Origin: Marsupella aquatica
Taxonomy: Eukaryota; Plantae; Marchantiophyta
DNA length: 64,000 bases
NCBI GenBank assembly: GCA_973895155.1
Contig: OZ316896.1
Location: 2,604,001-2,668,000, forward strand
Direction: 5' to 3'
The position numbers and the translations under genes were made by a program. This document shows, piece after piece, positions 22,943-35,839 of this stretch. The stretch's first letter is position 1. Every line of letters starts with the position of its first letter. A model generated the notes under the pieces. That model was not told where the DNA came from. It saw only the letters and a list, made by a program, of their open reading frames with translations, and ran no database searches.

Positions 22943-25817
22943 TCAGGGGCCAGCAGACGAAACGTAAAAAAATCGGTCATGGAAAATGCCTTTCTGTTGA
23001 GAACGGGGCCAGCAACTCTTCTCCACAGTACGCCACCAGGTAGGCCTTATTCTGTACAGCCTCCTCAAGAACCAGCCTAAGATGACAATGCAGAGCAAAA
23101 CTCCTACGATACAGGTGACTATCATGGTGAGCTGAAGATGGATGATAGGCGGAAGAGATGCAAACCCTGCTGCCGCAAATGCTCCGAGCACAAAAACCAC
23201 TGCAAACACTAGTAAAACTGATGTGAGAACCAAAGACCTTCTAACCACCCTTACCTCCTCTCCAATGAACACATCCAACATTGGTAGAACGCAACCTGCT
23301 CCTGCAATGACTGTAGCTATAGCACAGAAGAACGATAGACTATTACAAACCCAAAACACTCTCGTACTGATGTGCTGCTGCACTGACGCGTAGGTCTCGT
23401 AAGTCCCGGGAGCAGCCGCGGGATCTGTGACCTGAAATTCGTAGTAAGGTACGTAGCCCAGCGGAGGCTGTAGCCAGCCTGAAACAGCATTCCAAGAAAA
23501 TTTCATCAGATTAACAAGCTTCATAGCTGAGAGTTTTGCAACAATGATCTGTTTAAGGTATGACTGGAGTCTTCATGGCTGTCCATGGTGTCCAAACTTG
23601 TGGTAGAATTGAGCAAGGAGCGCATTGTTGTTCATGACCATGAACCTTACTATCTTCAAGTGAGTAGATTCAGGTTAATCTGGTATCAGATTAACTGACA
23701 TGGTTCTGTTTATTATATTATCCAGTTCACTTCAACTGCATTGTTGGGCTCTCCTCCGAGCACTTCTAAGAAATCTGCTTGCGGATTGACACAAATTGAT
23801 TTGTTCTCGGAGGTGGCTTTCGACTTGATCAAATTAATGTTTACTTTCACTCGCAGGAACGAGGCATTGAAAGACAATGATGAGCTATTGTGTGTTCTGA
23901 GATTTATGCCGACCATGCTCTAATTTGTCTGTTACTTGTTCCCGACAATTCTGATAGTTTCTTACAGCGCTCATTACAATGTAGTCCAACGAATATCGAC
24001 CTTGTGACCTGGACCATCCTTCCCTTGGCATTCAGGCAATTCATACTAACTCATTCATTATGCTTGCAATTCTGAAAGCTTGGCCTTTTTGACAACAACT
24101 CTTTATCCAGTCACAGTGAACAATTGAAGGATTAGGACAGCGCAGTCTGTAAACCGCAAGATAAGGGAGGTTATTGAAACTGGGACTGGAATTGCTATGA
24201 GTTGCGTGGAAAGAATCGTGTGATATTACCTGCGAATGTAACACTAGCGATGAGGGCAGCCCCGACCAGAATTGCATTTGCAGCATCCACGTAAACTTGC
24301 CGATCCCTGTAGAGTCTGTCCACGTAGTCCTTGACATCCGGTCGCTCAAGTAGTAACTTCTCGATGTCTTTCCTCTCGCTTTCGATCGAAATCTGGAGAG
24401 CGGTTCGGCTGTATTTGTCCTCCTCGTTGGCCCGCAGCGTAGGCTTGGAGATGAGCACTTTGACCACTGGTGTGTGCCCTCCTATGGCTGCGAAATGGAG
24501 CGGGGTCTGCTGATCACTGTCCTCCGCGTTGATGTCCATCGTCGGGATGGTCAGCACAACCTCCAGTAACCTGTCCAAGCCGGCGAAGGCGATTTCGTGT
24601 ATCAAAGTGACGCCATATTTGGGAGCTGTCCCCATGTGCAGATTGAGATTTTGGATTTCCCGCCGAATGGCGACCAACAAGATCTCTACCATCTCTTCCA
24701 ACCCTTTCTTGTTTAGGACAAGCCTGAGGAGCCTTCCGCATTGATCAAACTTGTCCCAGACTCTCTCGAGCAAAGTCAGGAGTAAGGTTCCGTTCTTTTT
24801 CAGGACGGCTATATCCAGAGCCGATTTGCGGTGGCTGTTTTCAAGAAGTAATTCGGTGAGGGGATGTTCCACAAGTGCAGACACAATCTGTGTGTGATTC
24901 CCGTCCACAGCATAGTGCAACGGGGTGACTTTGTTTCGGCCCTCGCTTAGCTGAGAGTAATGCTCCACGAGCTTAGGTCGCGGGAGTTGTTCCCAAGGAA
25001 CATTTTGCTGAATTCCTTTGATGATCTTGGTCAGTGTCTCTTGGTTGCCTCTCGTGGTCACAGCATTTGGATCGATGTCACGGCTCTCCAGGAGTAGTCT
25101 TACAATGTCTCCGTGACCTTTCCACGATGCCAAATGCAGAGGTGTGAATCCATCTCTATCTGCAGCGTTCACATCCATTAATCTGGAATTCAAGAGTTCT
25201 CTCACCACTCCCACTTGATTCTCCCAGGTAGCATAGTGTAATGGTGTCCGCTTAACGACGTCTTCAACGCCGATAACCGCACGCAAGTGCTCCCCGTCAT
25301 CCGACATCGATTGCACTGCACGAAATTGCGCTTCGAGAATAAGTCTAAGAATTCTCTCATGTCCGCTGCTCGCACAAATGTGCAGAACCGTAAAATTCTC
25401 TTCCGAAGTGGTCGCGTTTAAATCAATGGCCGGGTGGTCAACCAGCATCTCAACTACGTCAACGTGACCGTAGTGAGCGGCGAGATGCAAAGGAGTGATC
25501 CCTCCCTTGGCCTGCGCATTCACGTCTATGCCGTGGTCAGTGCATTCAAGTAGCATCTCCACAATCTTCGTAAATCCCTTCTTGCAAGCCATATGCAATG
25601 GAGTGCGCTGGATCTTATCCCGCGCATTGACATCGATCTCAGCATGCGCTAGTAAGAATTTCGTGATCTCTATGTGGTTCTTCTTCGCTGCGTGGTGGAG
25701 TGGAACCAACTGTGATCTGCCCCGTACGTTGACATCCAACCCAGGATCGGTCAGCAAGCTACGCACCCTTTCTAAATCCCCCAAGATGACCGCAGGGTAC
25801 AGCGGCGCGCTCGCCAT
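22943..25817 (-). CDS. Ankyrin-repeat + PGG-domain transmembrane protein (ACD6/ITN1-like), paralog A, ~707 aa
   Basis: Exons 25817-24230 and 23478-22943 (2124 nt, frame kept). About 10 or more TPLH-type ankyrin repeats. PGG domain NAILVGAALIASVTFAGWLQPPLG...FWVCNSLSFF followed by hydrophobic TM helices. Confidence 0.92.
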
Positions 25818-27369
25818 GATCGATCAATATGTTAGCTATTTTGAAAGAAACGAGGTAATGGGAATCCAATTGGTGCTCAAATTGACTGGAAAGCAAGATG
25901 GGAAGGAAGGATTTAAAATTGTTGGGAAGCCATCCGAACCGGCTCTTCAATTTGTTGCTCTGTCTACACTAGCTAGAGTCTACCTATCAGCGCATCTATC
26001 CACAACTAGTTAAAAAACATAATCGAAATACACCATAGGTGATGACAGGCAGGTCTCTGGCAGCGATAGTCTTGCAGTAATGAAGAAAGATCGTTCCCTG
26101 CACAGAGTGTCTGCTCAAGACGACGAATTACAAAATCCGCAATTTCCTAACTTCCGGAAGCGTTGAATTCAGTCGACTCATATCGAAAGTGTGCTTTCGA
26201 ATGGCATTATCTTATAACAATGAAAGTAACAATGGCGGACGGTTCAGAGAGTGGGGAGCTCAGTGAAAATGCAAGCTTGCTCCATATGACTAATCCTGGT
26301 ACCTCTGGAAGTAAAGCCTGCAGTCGACCGCATTTCAAGCAAATCTCAAAGTGAAGCGGAGCATACACGCAATGCCTCTCTTCCCCGCTCTCATCCCACA
26401 CACGTCGTCCCTCCACTTTCAAGCGGAGCAAATCGAACAATTCCTTCTAATCTGCAACTTACTCGCCTCGACGAACATCTTAAAGGAGATGGAAATGAAG
26501 CAGTCAAGGCTCCGCTCCCCCTCGCCACAAATACAAATTATGAATTGCTCCACAGAAGCACCTATTAAACGCAAACTCTTCGTCGGTCTGACTGGTTGCT
26601 TATCCACTCCACTAAGATGTTCAAGCTATGCAGAGAATTCGAAGCATACAATTCCAAGCAACTGCACGGGCGAACAGAAAACAGTCAGAGCACGAAGGAG
26701 AGGAAACGGAAGGAACCGGAGAATTCGGGCAAGGCAATTAATGAACACTTCCCAAGTCATCACATTATGTCACGTCATGGCAACGCATCTCACTGACGCA
26801 GCAGCAGAAGAGCAAATCCACCACTGACTCTTCCGCACAAGCAAGCAGGTCAAGGGAAGGTACAACACAATGGTATTGCTGTATGGTACTATCTGGGAGG
26901 TACTTCCAGCGGACCCTAATCTCGGAGGTATTTGCAGTGGAGACTGACCGCGGAGGGGGCCCGTTCTATTAGCTTGCCTCGCTCAACTTGGAAAATTGAG
27001 ATGGAGCCCACTTTCTCCATCCAATCACGCAGAGCAGCTCAAGTGACTGTGCATGCTTCATTTGTCCGACATCTCATTAATTGCGGTTTCCTCTGTTCCT
27101 TCTTCATGTCTGCACTGTTCGCCCACGACACAATGGGCACACACGGAGAATGAACGAATGACCGGTCCATTCTGGACAATTGAAAAGAAAAGATGATCAC
27201 TACCTCAGACGTATTCAGTTCGTCCCAGATTGATTGATTGATTGGAAAGTCCCGAAACCGAAGTCAGACTACTGTACAGGGCCACTGAAAATGTAGCCTC
27301 GTCGTGCTCTCTTATTCCCTCTGTTTTTTCTTCTCGGGATCTGTGAAGGGCGAATTGTTCATTCCACGA

Positions 27370-27452
27370 TCACCTCACCTCACTACACCTCACCTCACTA
27401 CACCTCCCCTCACTTCACTTCACCTCACCTCACCGTACCATACCACACCACA
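27370..27452. repeat. Degenerate (CACCT)n pentanucleotide microsatellite
   Basis: CACCTCACCTCACTACACCTCACCTCACTACACCTCCCCTCACTTCACTTCACCTCACCTCACC... Confidence 0.85.
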
Positions 27453-28174
27453 TCATTAGGTCACACCAGCTCGGTTGCTTCTTCAACCACGCAAATGTGA
27501 GCAAATAGTTGGCCTTAAATCCAATTCGCACCCTTACAAGCGCGGACGATACATCGGTCTTCCCCGCGCACGAGCACTTGGCAAGTCACACATCCTAGGG
27601 CACATACTTAGCGACTAAGTTCACGTAGTAGCGAAGATTCAAGAGCTTCCTGAAAGATTGACTTGCTCTGGTTGAAGTTGTGGTGCATTCTCTCAAACTT
27701 GTTGACGTCGACACTTGTCCCTTAGGACAAAGTTCAATCCTGTAGCCAAAATTGTCCATCCAATTGCCGATTTCGATATGCCAATTGTTTCTTTAGCGAG
27801 ACTCTTCGTCGTGGGACTTAACAAACAGTGCATCACGACTCAGTGCTGGAAACTTTCGTGTAATGTTGTCGCGATTCCTGCCTGCAACGTCCTTTTCCCA
27901 ACAAGTACATTCGATTCAGTATCGAAATCGATCCGACCTGCCAAACAGCTAGCTGCTAGCTCCAATTGTTTTCATCAATTGAGGAATTCACAGCTCAGAA
28001 GCAGGATCTTGACCAGGGCATATTCTTTATAAGAGTTTAGTCGACTGAAAGGCATACAAGTAATGGAAAAAAATCCCAAAGGATGAATCTCTCTCGATAA
28101 TCAAGAATACATGATTGCTCCTCTAAATTGTGAAACAACATTGACGGAGAAGGATATTATCAGGATCTTTGAAA

Positions 28175-28650
28175 GGGTGACCAACTTGCGATCTTCGATG
28201 TCTGAATTGCCATGATCGAGAATCACTTGCGGAGGGAAAATGAACCCGGGTGGCGACCAACTTGCGATCTTCGATGTTTGAATTGCCATGATCGAGCATC
28301 ACTTGTGGAGGGAAAGTGAAGCGCAGGTGGTGACCAACTTGCGATCTTCGACGTCTGGACTGCTATGATCGAGCATAACTTGCGTAGGGAAATTGAAGCC
28401 CGGGTCGTGACCAACTTGCGATCTTCGATCTCTGAATTGCCATTATCAAGCATCACTTGCGGAAATTGAAGCATGGGTGGAACTCCACGTTTGGGAAATC
28501 GTTGGAGATTGAGGCGCGGATGGAACTCCAGAAGATCACACAGATATACTTGCGATCTTCGATGTCTGAATTGCCATGATCAAGCATCACTTGCGGAAAC
28601 TGAAGCCTGGGTAGAACTCCACGTTTGGGAAATCGTTGGAAATTGAACTC
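28175..28650. repeat. Minisatellite, 76-77-bp unit, 4 units plus a longer fifth variant
   Basis: GACCAACTTGCGATCTTCGA..TCTGAATTGCCATGATCGAG.ATCACTTGCGGA starts at 28179, 28255, 28332 and 28409, with a further copy at ~28548. Confidence 0.9.
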
Positions 28651-28761
28651 CATGTTTGCCAGAATATCACACAGATTTTTGCTCCACGATGGACCGCAGT
28701 TAAACCCCCCTTTCTGCTCACATAGTAAAAAATGTGGCAAGAAACGAGACAGTCTTCTTTC

Positions 28762-28850
28762 AAAATTTGTAAGTCTTTTAGGTATCAGGAAACAAAAGCC
28801 CAGATAAAAATTGTAAGTCTTTTAGGTATCTAAGAAACAAAAGCCCAGAT
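28762..28850. repeat. Two-copy ~44-bp tandem duplication
   Basis: TTGTAAGTCTTTTAGGTATC...GAAACAAAAGCCCAGAT twice. Confidence 0.85.
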
Positions 28851-31800
28851 GGACCCAGACATTCTCCCTGCCCATTCCCATGGACTGGGTATAGGAACAA
28901 GTGCTTTTACAGGAAAAAGATTAAGGAACTGGTTGCGGGTGGTAGTTTACAACTTTGACTACCTTGGGGAGAAAGTAGTCAAGACGGTGATACTCAGCAA
29001 TGGCATGACGTCTTGACATCTTCAAGGATATCAAGTCGTCAAGTTACCGAGGAAATAGGCTTGATAATGTAATTGAAACTGGCTGCAAACGAGAAGGAGA
29101 CCGTTTACAGGTCATATTTCAGCTGAAAGTGTAAACAATATTATTTCAGTCAATCTAAATATTCTCAGCAAATCCATCCAAGCTTTGCCAGTCCATCTGG
29201 GCTTCAAGTAGAGGTACATTCTAGGAAATATCTTCCAAGAAGTTTCTAGGTGACACAGGAAAATAAAATTTCATTTTGGATATCCAAGGAGGTAGCACAT
29301 GTCAAAGAGCTTAAAAAAACAATCCCTTGTGAAGTGTGGACAGTGGAGTGATCTTTAGAGATTTATAACTCTCTCAATTAGTTGTGAAAAGTAGAGCTTT
29401 TAGATTAGAAAGATTCATCAAAGCCACTTTTGATGGTCCCAAGACGAGTCAATTCTGCTGGATACTAACTGAAATATCAAAGGTCTAACTCTGCTATTGA
29501 AAACTAATTGGAAACCAAAGGATATCAAGAGTGGTGTAGAAGGTGTCAGTCCATGGGGGTTGCATGGTTCACAGGCTTGGTCAATGGGAGCATCATTTCT
29601 GGAGGCTGCTGAAATTATCTAAATGAATGTAGGATGTTGGACTTAAACAGCCACTAGCCATATAAATGGGAGAAGTGTCCAATAGTTCTCCCTTTTTCCC
29701 TTCCCTCACATTCTTCTCCTCACCTGTTCCGTATTAGTCCACAAATTCAGGAAATGATACTATTTATGGTGAAACCTGGTTTTTGTCATGGCTAGTGGTG
29801 GATTAACCCCTTGTATCATCATTAACCACTATAATAAGTGATCTTGCCAATTCTAGCAAATGGTCTATTCATAAAAACCTACAAAGAATTGTTTGATCTT
29901 CCAAAAATAACCCCCCATGAGCCCTCCGCCTTGCTCCCCCAGGGTAAGCCTGCTGCAAAGAGCATGCACTCTACCTGCCAAGTAGTACTGTGGCAGAGCC
30001 TGTTGCAATGGGCTGTGTGCTGCACCTGCCTGTCCCAGATCATTGTGGTCTCACTTGGTGCAATCAATACATGATAGGGACATGGAAACAAGAGGGGAGG
30101 GGAAGTGAGGGGAGTGGAGGGGAAGGGAAGGGAAGGGAAAATGAGGAAAAGGTGAAAAGTGACAGCCAACCCTCGCCAGTCTTGCCCCTTCCTTGCCCGA
30201 GCCGTCTCTCTCGCTACCTCTTCCTCAAACGGCCACTGTCCATATAAATATTAGAAGCGCCAATCTGCAGTCAGTTCATTGTCTCACCTGCTGCCCAATG
30301 TAGCTATGTGACCCCACGCTCGGCTTGCCCCGCTAAGGCTTGCCAGGACCAGGCAGAGCTTCATGAGCCATGGCCATGGAACATGAATACTGAGACATCC
30401 TGGGATGTTGGGGGCGTGTCCTCTCTTAAGTACTTAAACCTGACTCGAAAGTACATCTTCTTCAAATTGCACACTCAGACCGGAGCCCTTCTTCCTACAG
30501 TAGATCCATGAACAAAATAACTATAGCCGTGAGCTGAGTTGAATACAGTACATTGCCAAATTACTTGTGGAACTTGGAAGGCTTTGTCACAGGACTCAAA
30601 ACAATAGTCAGGCAGGATGTCAGTGCCAAAATTGAAGCAATCCATGCTCTTGATCCCGCTCTCAATAACTTCAAACATCAAAACTGCGCTAGGATAGCTA
30701 ATTATGGCCTTTCCCAGCAGTCGTGTTTGATTTTGATTTTGTGTGGAGCCAACTAACTACTACATATAACTGCCCCATTATGAGAAGGATCATCTTCCCT
30801 AGGCCTTCACTCCTAGTAAAATCAATGAACCCCCTACAATTGTGACCCTATCCCTTTTACCCCTTGTTATATCCATATTTTTTACAAAACTTGCCTTGTT
30901 ACCAGTCAAATTAATTTGGGGACGTACCATTATTGAACTATTTGGAGTCATAAAGAGTTGCACATTGGAATAGATAGATAAGAGGACAAAGATTAAATGA
31001 AGGATTCTAAATGAAGTGAATTTTAAGGTATTTAGGACAATTTCATTGAAGACAAATAGGAGAACATTTATGGTATACTGAGGGTAATTCTTCATGCAAA
31101 ATGTTTCCCTTAGTACCTCTATATCTATACAATACATGTAACATTCCATATAATTCATACAAATTATCACTTTGTCTATAGTAGTTGAAAGATCTTAGGG
31201 TCCCTTGGTATTCCTCTACCTATAGTAGTTGTGGTGTTTCTTATCTTTGCTTGTTACTCTTCTATCTATAATAGCCAAAGGGTTTCTTAAGTTACATTGG
31301 TATTTAAATGTTAGAGTAGTTGACGAGTTTCTTTCTACTTGTCATTATTTCAAAATTATGTAAATTAAATAGAAAATTGAAACACAATATATACCAAAGA
31401 ACACTTATATATCAATCACAACTCACCCAAAGATTAATTTATTTCACCCGTATTTTACCCATTTCTTTGTTTACTTGAATTTTCAATTTTCATTGTTTTT
31501 ACAATTATAGGGTCTACCTGTTTTTTTTGTCTTGCCTCAAACACAAATAGTCAAATTTGGTTCTTCTTGCATAACTAATGGTTCTTGTTTGTGACAAATC
31601 ATGCTGATATGGCTACATGAGGATGGATACTTTTTTCGATTCCCTCAACTCGAGCTTATTCTTGGATTTTTGCAGCCTCTTTGTGAAGAAAACTAGTTTC
31701 TGCACCGATTCTAAGTGTTGAATCCAGATTAAGAAGTTGAATCTTCTCCTATTTTATTTTAATTGATAAGGATATCAGAAATGTCTGAAATCTTGGTACC

Positions 31801-31912
31801 AGATGGAATAGATATAGGAGATCACTTTGGAAAAGTTTTAGCTTCATCTGACCAGCCGTTAAGGAGTTATGAATTTTCTAAGGTACCAAAACTTAATTTG
31901 TTACTCTCTGCC

Positions 31913-32077
31913 GACGCTTTTGAAAGCGTCCAATAGTTTCAGGATGCCTCATGAAGCGTCCACCCCTGACGATGACGAAGACCTCGACGCTTTTGAAAGC
32001 GTCCGCATCCCCAACAAATGTAAGACACCGACTCTTCATGAAGCGTCCATTCAGATCCTGACGCTTTGCAAAGCGTC
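31913..32077. repeat. Five 18-bp palindromic motifs with variable spacers inside probable TE/LTR-derived DNA
   Basis: GACGCTTTTGAAAGCGTC and variants at 31913, 31943, 31986, 32030 and 32060; spacers 12-26 bp. Confidence 0.75.
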
Positions 32078-34674
32078 CACCTTTTTCTTCCCGACACTTA
32101 GAAAAGTTTAGGATTAGAGTGCATTTTCATCCAATAGCACTTTTGTCTAATTTCTTGGAAGTACTTAGACCACTCAGAAAAGCTTGAGATTTTTCTTGCT
32201 TGTAGACTGAAGGTAGTAGCTGCCACTATGTTAAAATCAGCATTTTTGGGTGTTACGAGTTAGGAATTAAAAATAGGCAAAGATAGTAAAATATTGTTTT
32301 CTGTCAAAAAAGCCTAATGACACTTAGTCATTTGCGCCCCCAAACTTAGTTTTTGTAGGAATCTACTATTAGAGTAATATTATATCCATCTTAGTTAGAC
32401 TTGAAAGAGTATAACCTTACCTACCACCATTATGTTAGGACCCTAAACCTATAAAGTCTTTTAGTGTCATTTCTTGCCTGGAGACCAAAAACATTATTCA
32501 ACAATAGAGGTTGCTGATTAATTGTTCCTCCTTCCATTGTAACAAGTCATTGAGAGTCAAGGTCTTGTATGGAAATAAAGCTTTGATTTTGAAGAGTGAT
32601 TAAATTCAAGACTCTTGTGTAGTGATTGAGTTTAATGATTAACTTCTAAGATTCAAATCCAGTTCACTGCTAGGCTTGCTCGCTGTGATGAGTTTCGCTA
32701 GCCAATTTGAGGATGAATGTTGTAATTGTGAGAAGCAAAATTCTATTTTCAAGGGAATTAGTACCGTTACTATGCACTGCAATAAACATTAGAATTTGAC
32801 TTAAGTTGTGTATCACATTTAATCGAATCATGTTGACGGCATCATAAGGCTTACTCTTTGCATTTGCAACCAGAAAGTTACTTTGGGTTTGGTGAGCAAA
32901 AGTCTTACATCCGACATTATTACAGATTGGAAAGGATGATTGGAGAGTGATTGGAAATTACCATTTTATATATAATAAGACCAGAATCCTTTCTGAAAGA
33001 GTGGCAATATTAAAATGATAATTAAATCATCTCAATCTAAGTTTACCTTCATCTATAACTCAGAAGTTTTATACTGGGTTTTGAGAGATTTGTTTATTTC
33101 TGTTAAGAGTAAGAGAAATAGAGAGCAAGAAGCTCTAAATTTCTCAAAAGGATAAAAACATTCAATCCATTCCAATTCTGTTCTTAAAGAGATCGATTCC
33201 TTGGTCTTTAAGTTAAAAGAGACACTTTTGATTCTTCCATCTATATACTACACTACACGTGCATCCAAGAATTTTGGAAGGGTCGTCCCATGGGGGTCTG
33301 TAGTTATTAGTTCAAAATGGATAAAACTTAGTCTTCAAGCGTTTGCACAGGCTTCACATATTAATTAACTAAGACTGGGGGCCAGGATCATCTTGAAAGA
33401 CAGATTGAAGTCAATTGTCTTCAATCATATACGAGATCATGTTTCCTGGGGAACTCGACAGCTAATCGAGTCTTAATTTATTCATGTTTGAAATTTTTCG
33501 GCATCCCATCCCTGCTTTCCACTACCATCAATTAACATGGCTCAACTCCGGGAGCTTCATGGAAGTGAGGGGGGCAAAATTGTTTGCATTACGAAGCTTC
33601 AGACAAGACCAAAAGACAAATTTTAGTAGTTTTGATCATCATGCCCAAAGAAGATTGTGGCACTGGGGTTGCCCTTGTTTTGAGGGATTTGGAAAGTTAG
33701 AAAGAATTCACGCAAGTAAGTCGTACCAGTGATCAGACATAACGGTTGTGAAGGAAAGTTTCCATTGCTGCAAACTTGTTCAAATGTATAGATATTTGAT
33801 GCACTGACAACTTTTGCACTCCCGATAATAAACTATTGAAACTTATTGGTTGCTTTTATTGGTACTGGATTGAAGTCGCAGTTTTCAGTGCACTATTGAT
33901 ACTGCGTGCATGCACAATTTCTGGGATAATTTTGCCTCTCCTTTGCTATCAGACAAAAAATCCCAAGGACAGGAAATATGGCTAAGCCTTGTGCTGTGCC
34001 AGTTGAACTAGACAAGCATGCACAAGAGCATGCATTTACGATCTTGGGTTTTGTTATACATTTCAATATATGGACTACAATGCATGGTCAAATGTCACTG
34101 TAGTCATTTGAAAATGTATTGTGTGTATGTCACAAGACAATTCTACAAATTCATTGAAAAGTTGAGAAGCCCAACCTGAACTCATTCATGAATGGACATG
34201 AAACACTCTTCATATGGAAACAGAGCCAGGACAAACCAACCTCTCAACTGGTGAATCAGTGCAAAACCAACTTGAATGAGTTGACCTTGGCTATGTTGGG
34301 CCCTTCAATGGGACCATGAATAGAAAACCAGAACAAGCAGCGACAATATGCCTTGCACCTAACCCGGACTTTTGAACATTTGTAGTGGAAAATTGGGGTG
34401 TTGTTGGTGCTTTCTGCCCTCAACCTACATTAAAATTGTTTCTTCATGTTCCTACCCTCCTTGCATTCCAAGTACAGCGATTGGATTGCAAATCTTGTGC
34501 AAGTGCACAGTTCTTTAAAAATTGTTGTCAGTCCTTCAATAGCAGTGATGTGATCATTACAAAAACGTTGAAGTCAGTTTGGCCATGGGGACACAAAAAA
34601 TGACCCGTTGGTAAGGGAAAAATACTAACAAAGATCAAGAACCCCTACAATTTCTGCCACTGTCTAGGCAATAT

Positions 34675-34947
34675 CTTGGGGCCGGGCCTCCCCATCATGA
34701 TGTTTTAGGCCTCGGACCCCTAAAATGCAAGAATTTTATTATATTTAATTATTGACCCCTATATAGTTGGAATATTCCAAAAAAATTGATTCAAAAGACC
34801 CTAATGGACTTGTAAGTCTCAAAATTGGATTTAAAAGACCCTATTGTTTCATTGAGAAAATTCTTCACTCTTCCCTTAGAACCAATAAAATAACCCTATC
34901 CTTCGTCGCACGTGATGTGCCATTTTTGTCAAAGTGAAAGCCCCAAG
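34675..34947. mobile_element. MITE (8-bp TSD, hAT-like), copy 2
   Basis: Perfect 8-bp TIR CTTGGGGC / GCCCCAAG. Perfect TSD GGCAATAT (34667-34674, 34948-34955). Shares TGGAATATTCC, TCTCAAAATTGGATT..AA..ACCCTATTGTT and TCGC.CGTGATG with 15221-15515. Confidence 0.82.
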
Positions 34948-35495
34948 GGCAATATGCCAAAGTTTGAGATTTGGACCTCAATGATGCTTTCGTGAAGTGG
35001 CATTTGGTCCCTTAGCCAAGAAGCCTAAAACTCATCTTGGAGAACAAGTAACCCTAACCGCAGCCTATGACTTGGCTAGGTCAAAGTAAAGTCTCGGGTC
35101 CAGAGCTACATGTTCTAGCCAGTTTCATTTCTTGTGCACATGAGAACTTCCTAACTGGTGCACAATCATTACGACATGGTAAGTGGTGCACCTGAAGACT
35201 TGGCAAGTGGGGAGCATGTGTTGTGTATGAAGGCACGGGGTAAGGGGTATGTAGGTATTACTTGTGGCACTGCCTATTTGGTATTGAATGAAGCCTGCGA
35301 CATCTTTATATAGAACATGGGCATAGAGTAACAACCATATATTATGAAGAAAGTATTTTTGGTGTACAATCATGAGGACCTCATAATTGGTGCACATGAG
35401 TAAGTGATAAGTGGTGAGAATGTATAGTGTATGACGGGATGGATAGGGTGCATGTTTTACTTGTGACACTGCGTACTTGGTGTTGGATGAAGCCT

Positions 35496-35839
35496 AGCCA
35501 ATCTATTCATTAAAAGTGAATTATTATTCAATTTATGAACATTGGGTAACAAAAAGTGTACATTTGGCTTTCAAAAAGTGTACAATTGGACCAGAAATAA
35601 AGATGTTTGCCATCAAATGTACCACCATGTTCATCCTTTGTAAATGAACTAGGATGAGACTCCTTCTAGTAAAGATCATTTTTGCACCCTCAAGTTTACA
35701 ATTGATCATTTAGGTGTAGAGTAGTATACTATATTGTACCTTTTGGGGTTAAAAAGTGTACATTTAGAGACCAAAAAATGAACATTTAGAGGCCTAAAAG
35801 TGAACAAAATAAAATACACTTTTAATGAATAGAGTGATC
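35496..35839. mobile_element. MITE inserted into a ~200-bp tandem repeat
   Basis: Perfect 17-bp inverted repeat TCTATTCATTAAAAGTG (35502-35518) / CACTTTTAATGAATAGA (35817-35833). Internal AAAAAGTGTACA repeats. It splits the unit GATGAAGCCT|...GACATCTTTA that is intact at ~35287. TSD not resolved. Confidence 0.7.

Noticed and set aside
31913-32077. CRISPR array
   Set aside because: Repeats are only 18 bp and degenerate, spacers are short and uneven (12-26 bp), there are no cas genes, and the context is a eukaryotic, TE-rich region.
33240-33260. Helitron-like 5' end (A|TCTATATACTAC)
   Set aside because: No matching hairpin plus CTAG|T 3' end could be identified, so the element was not called.
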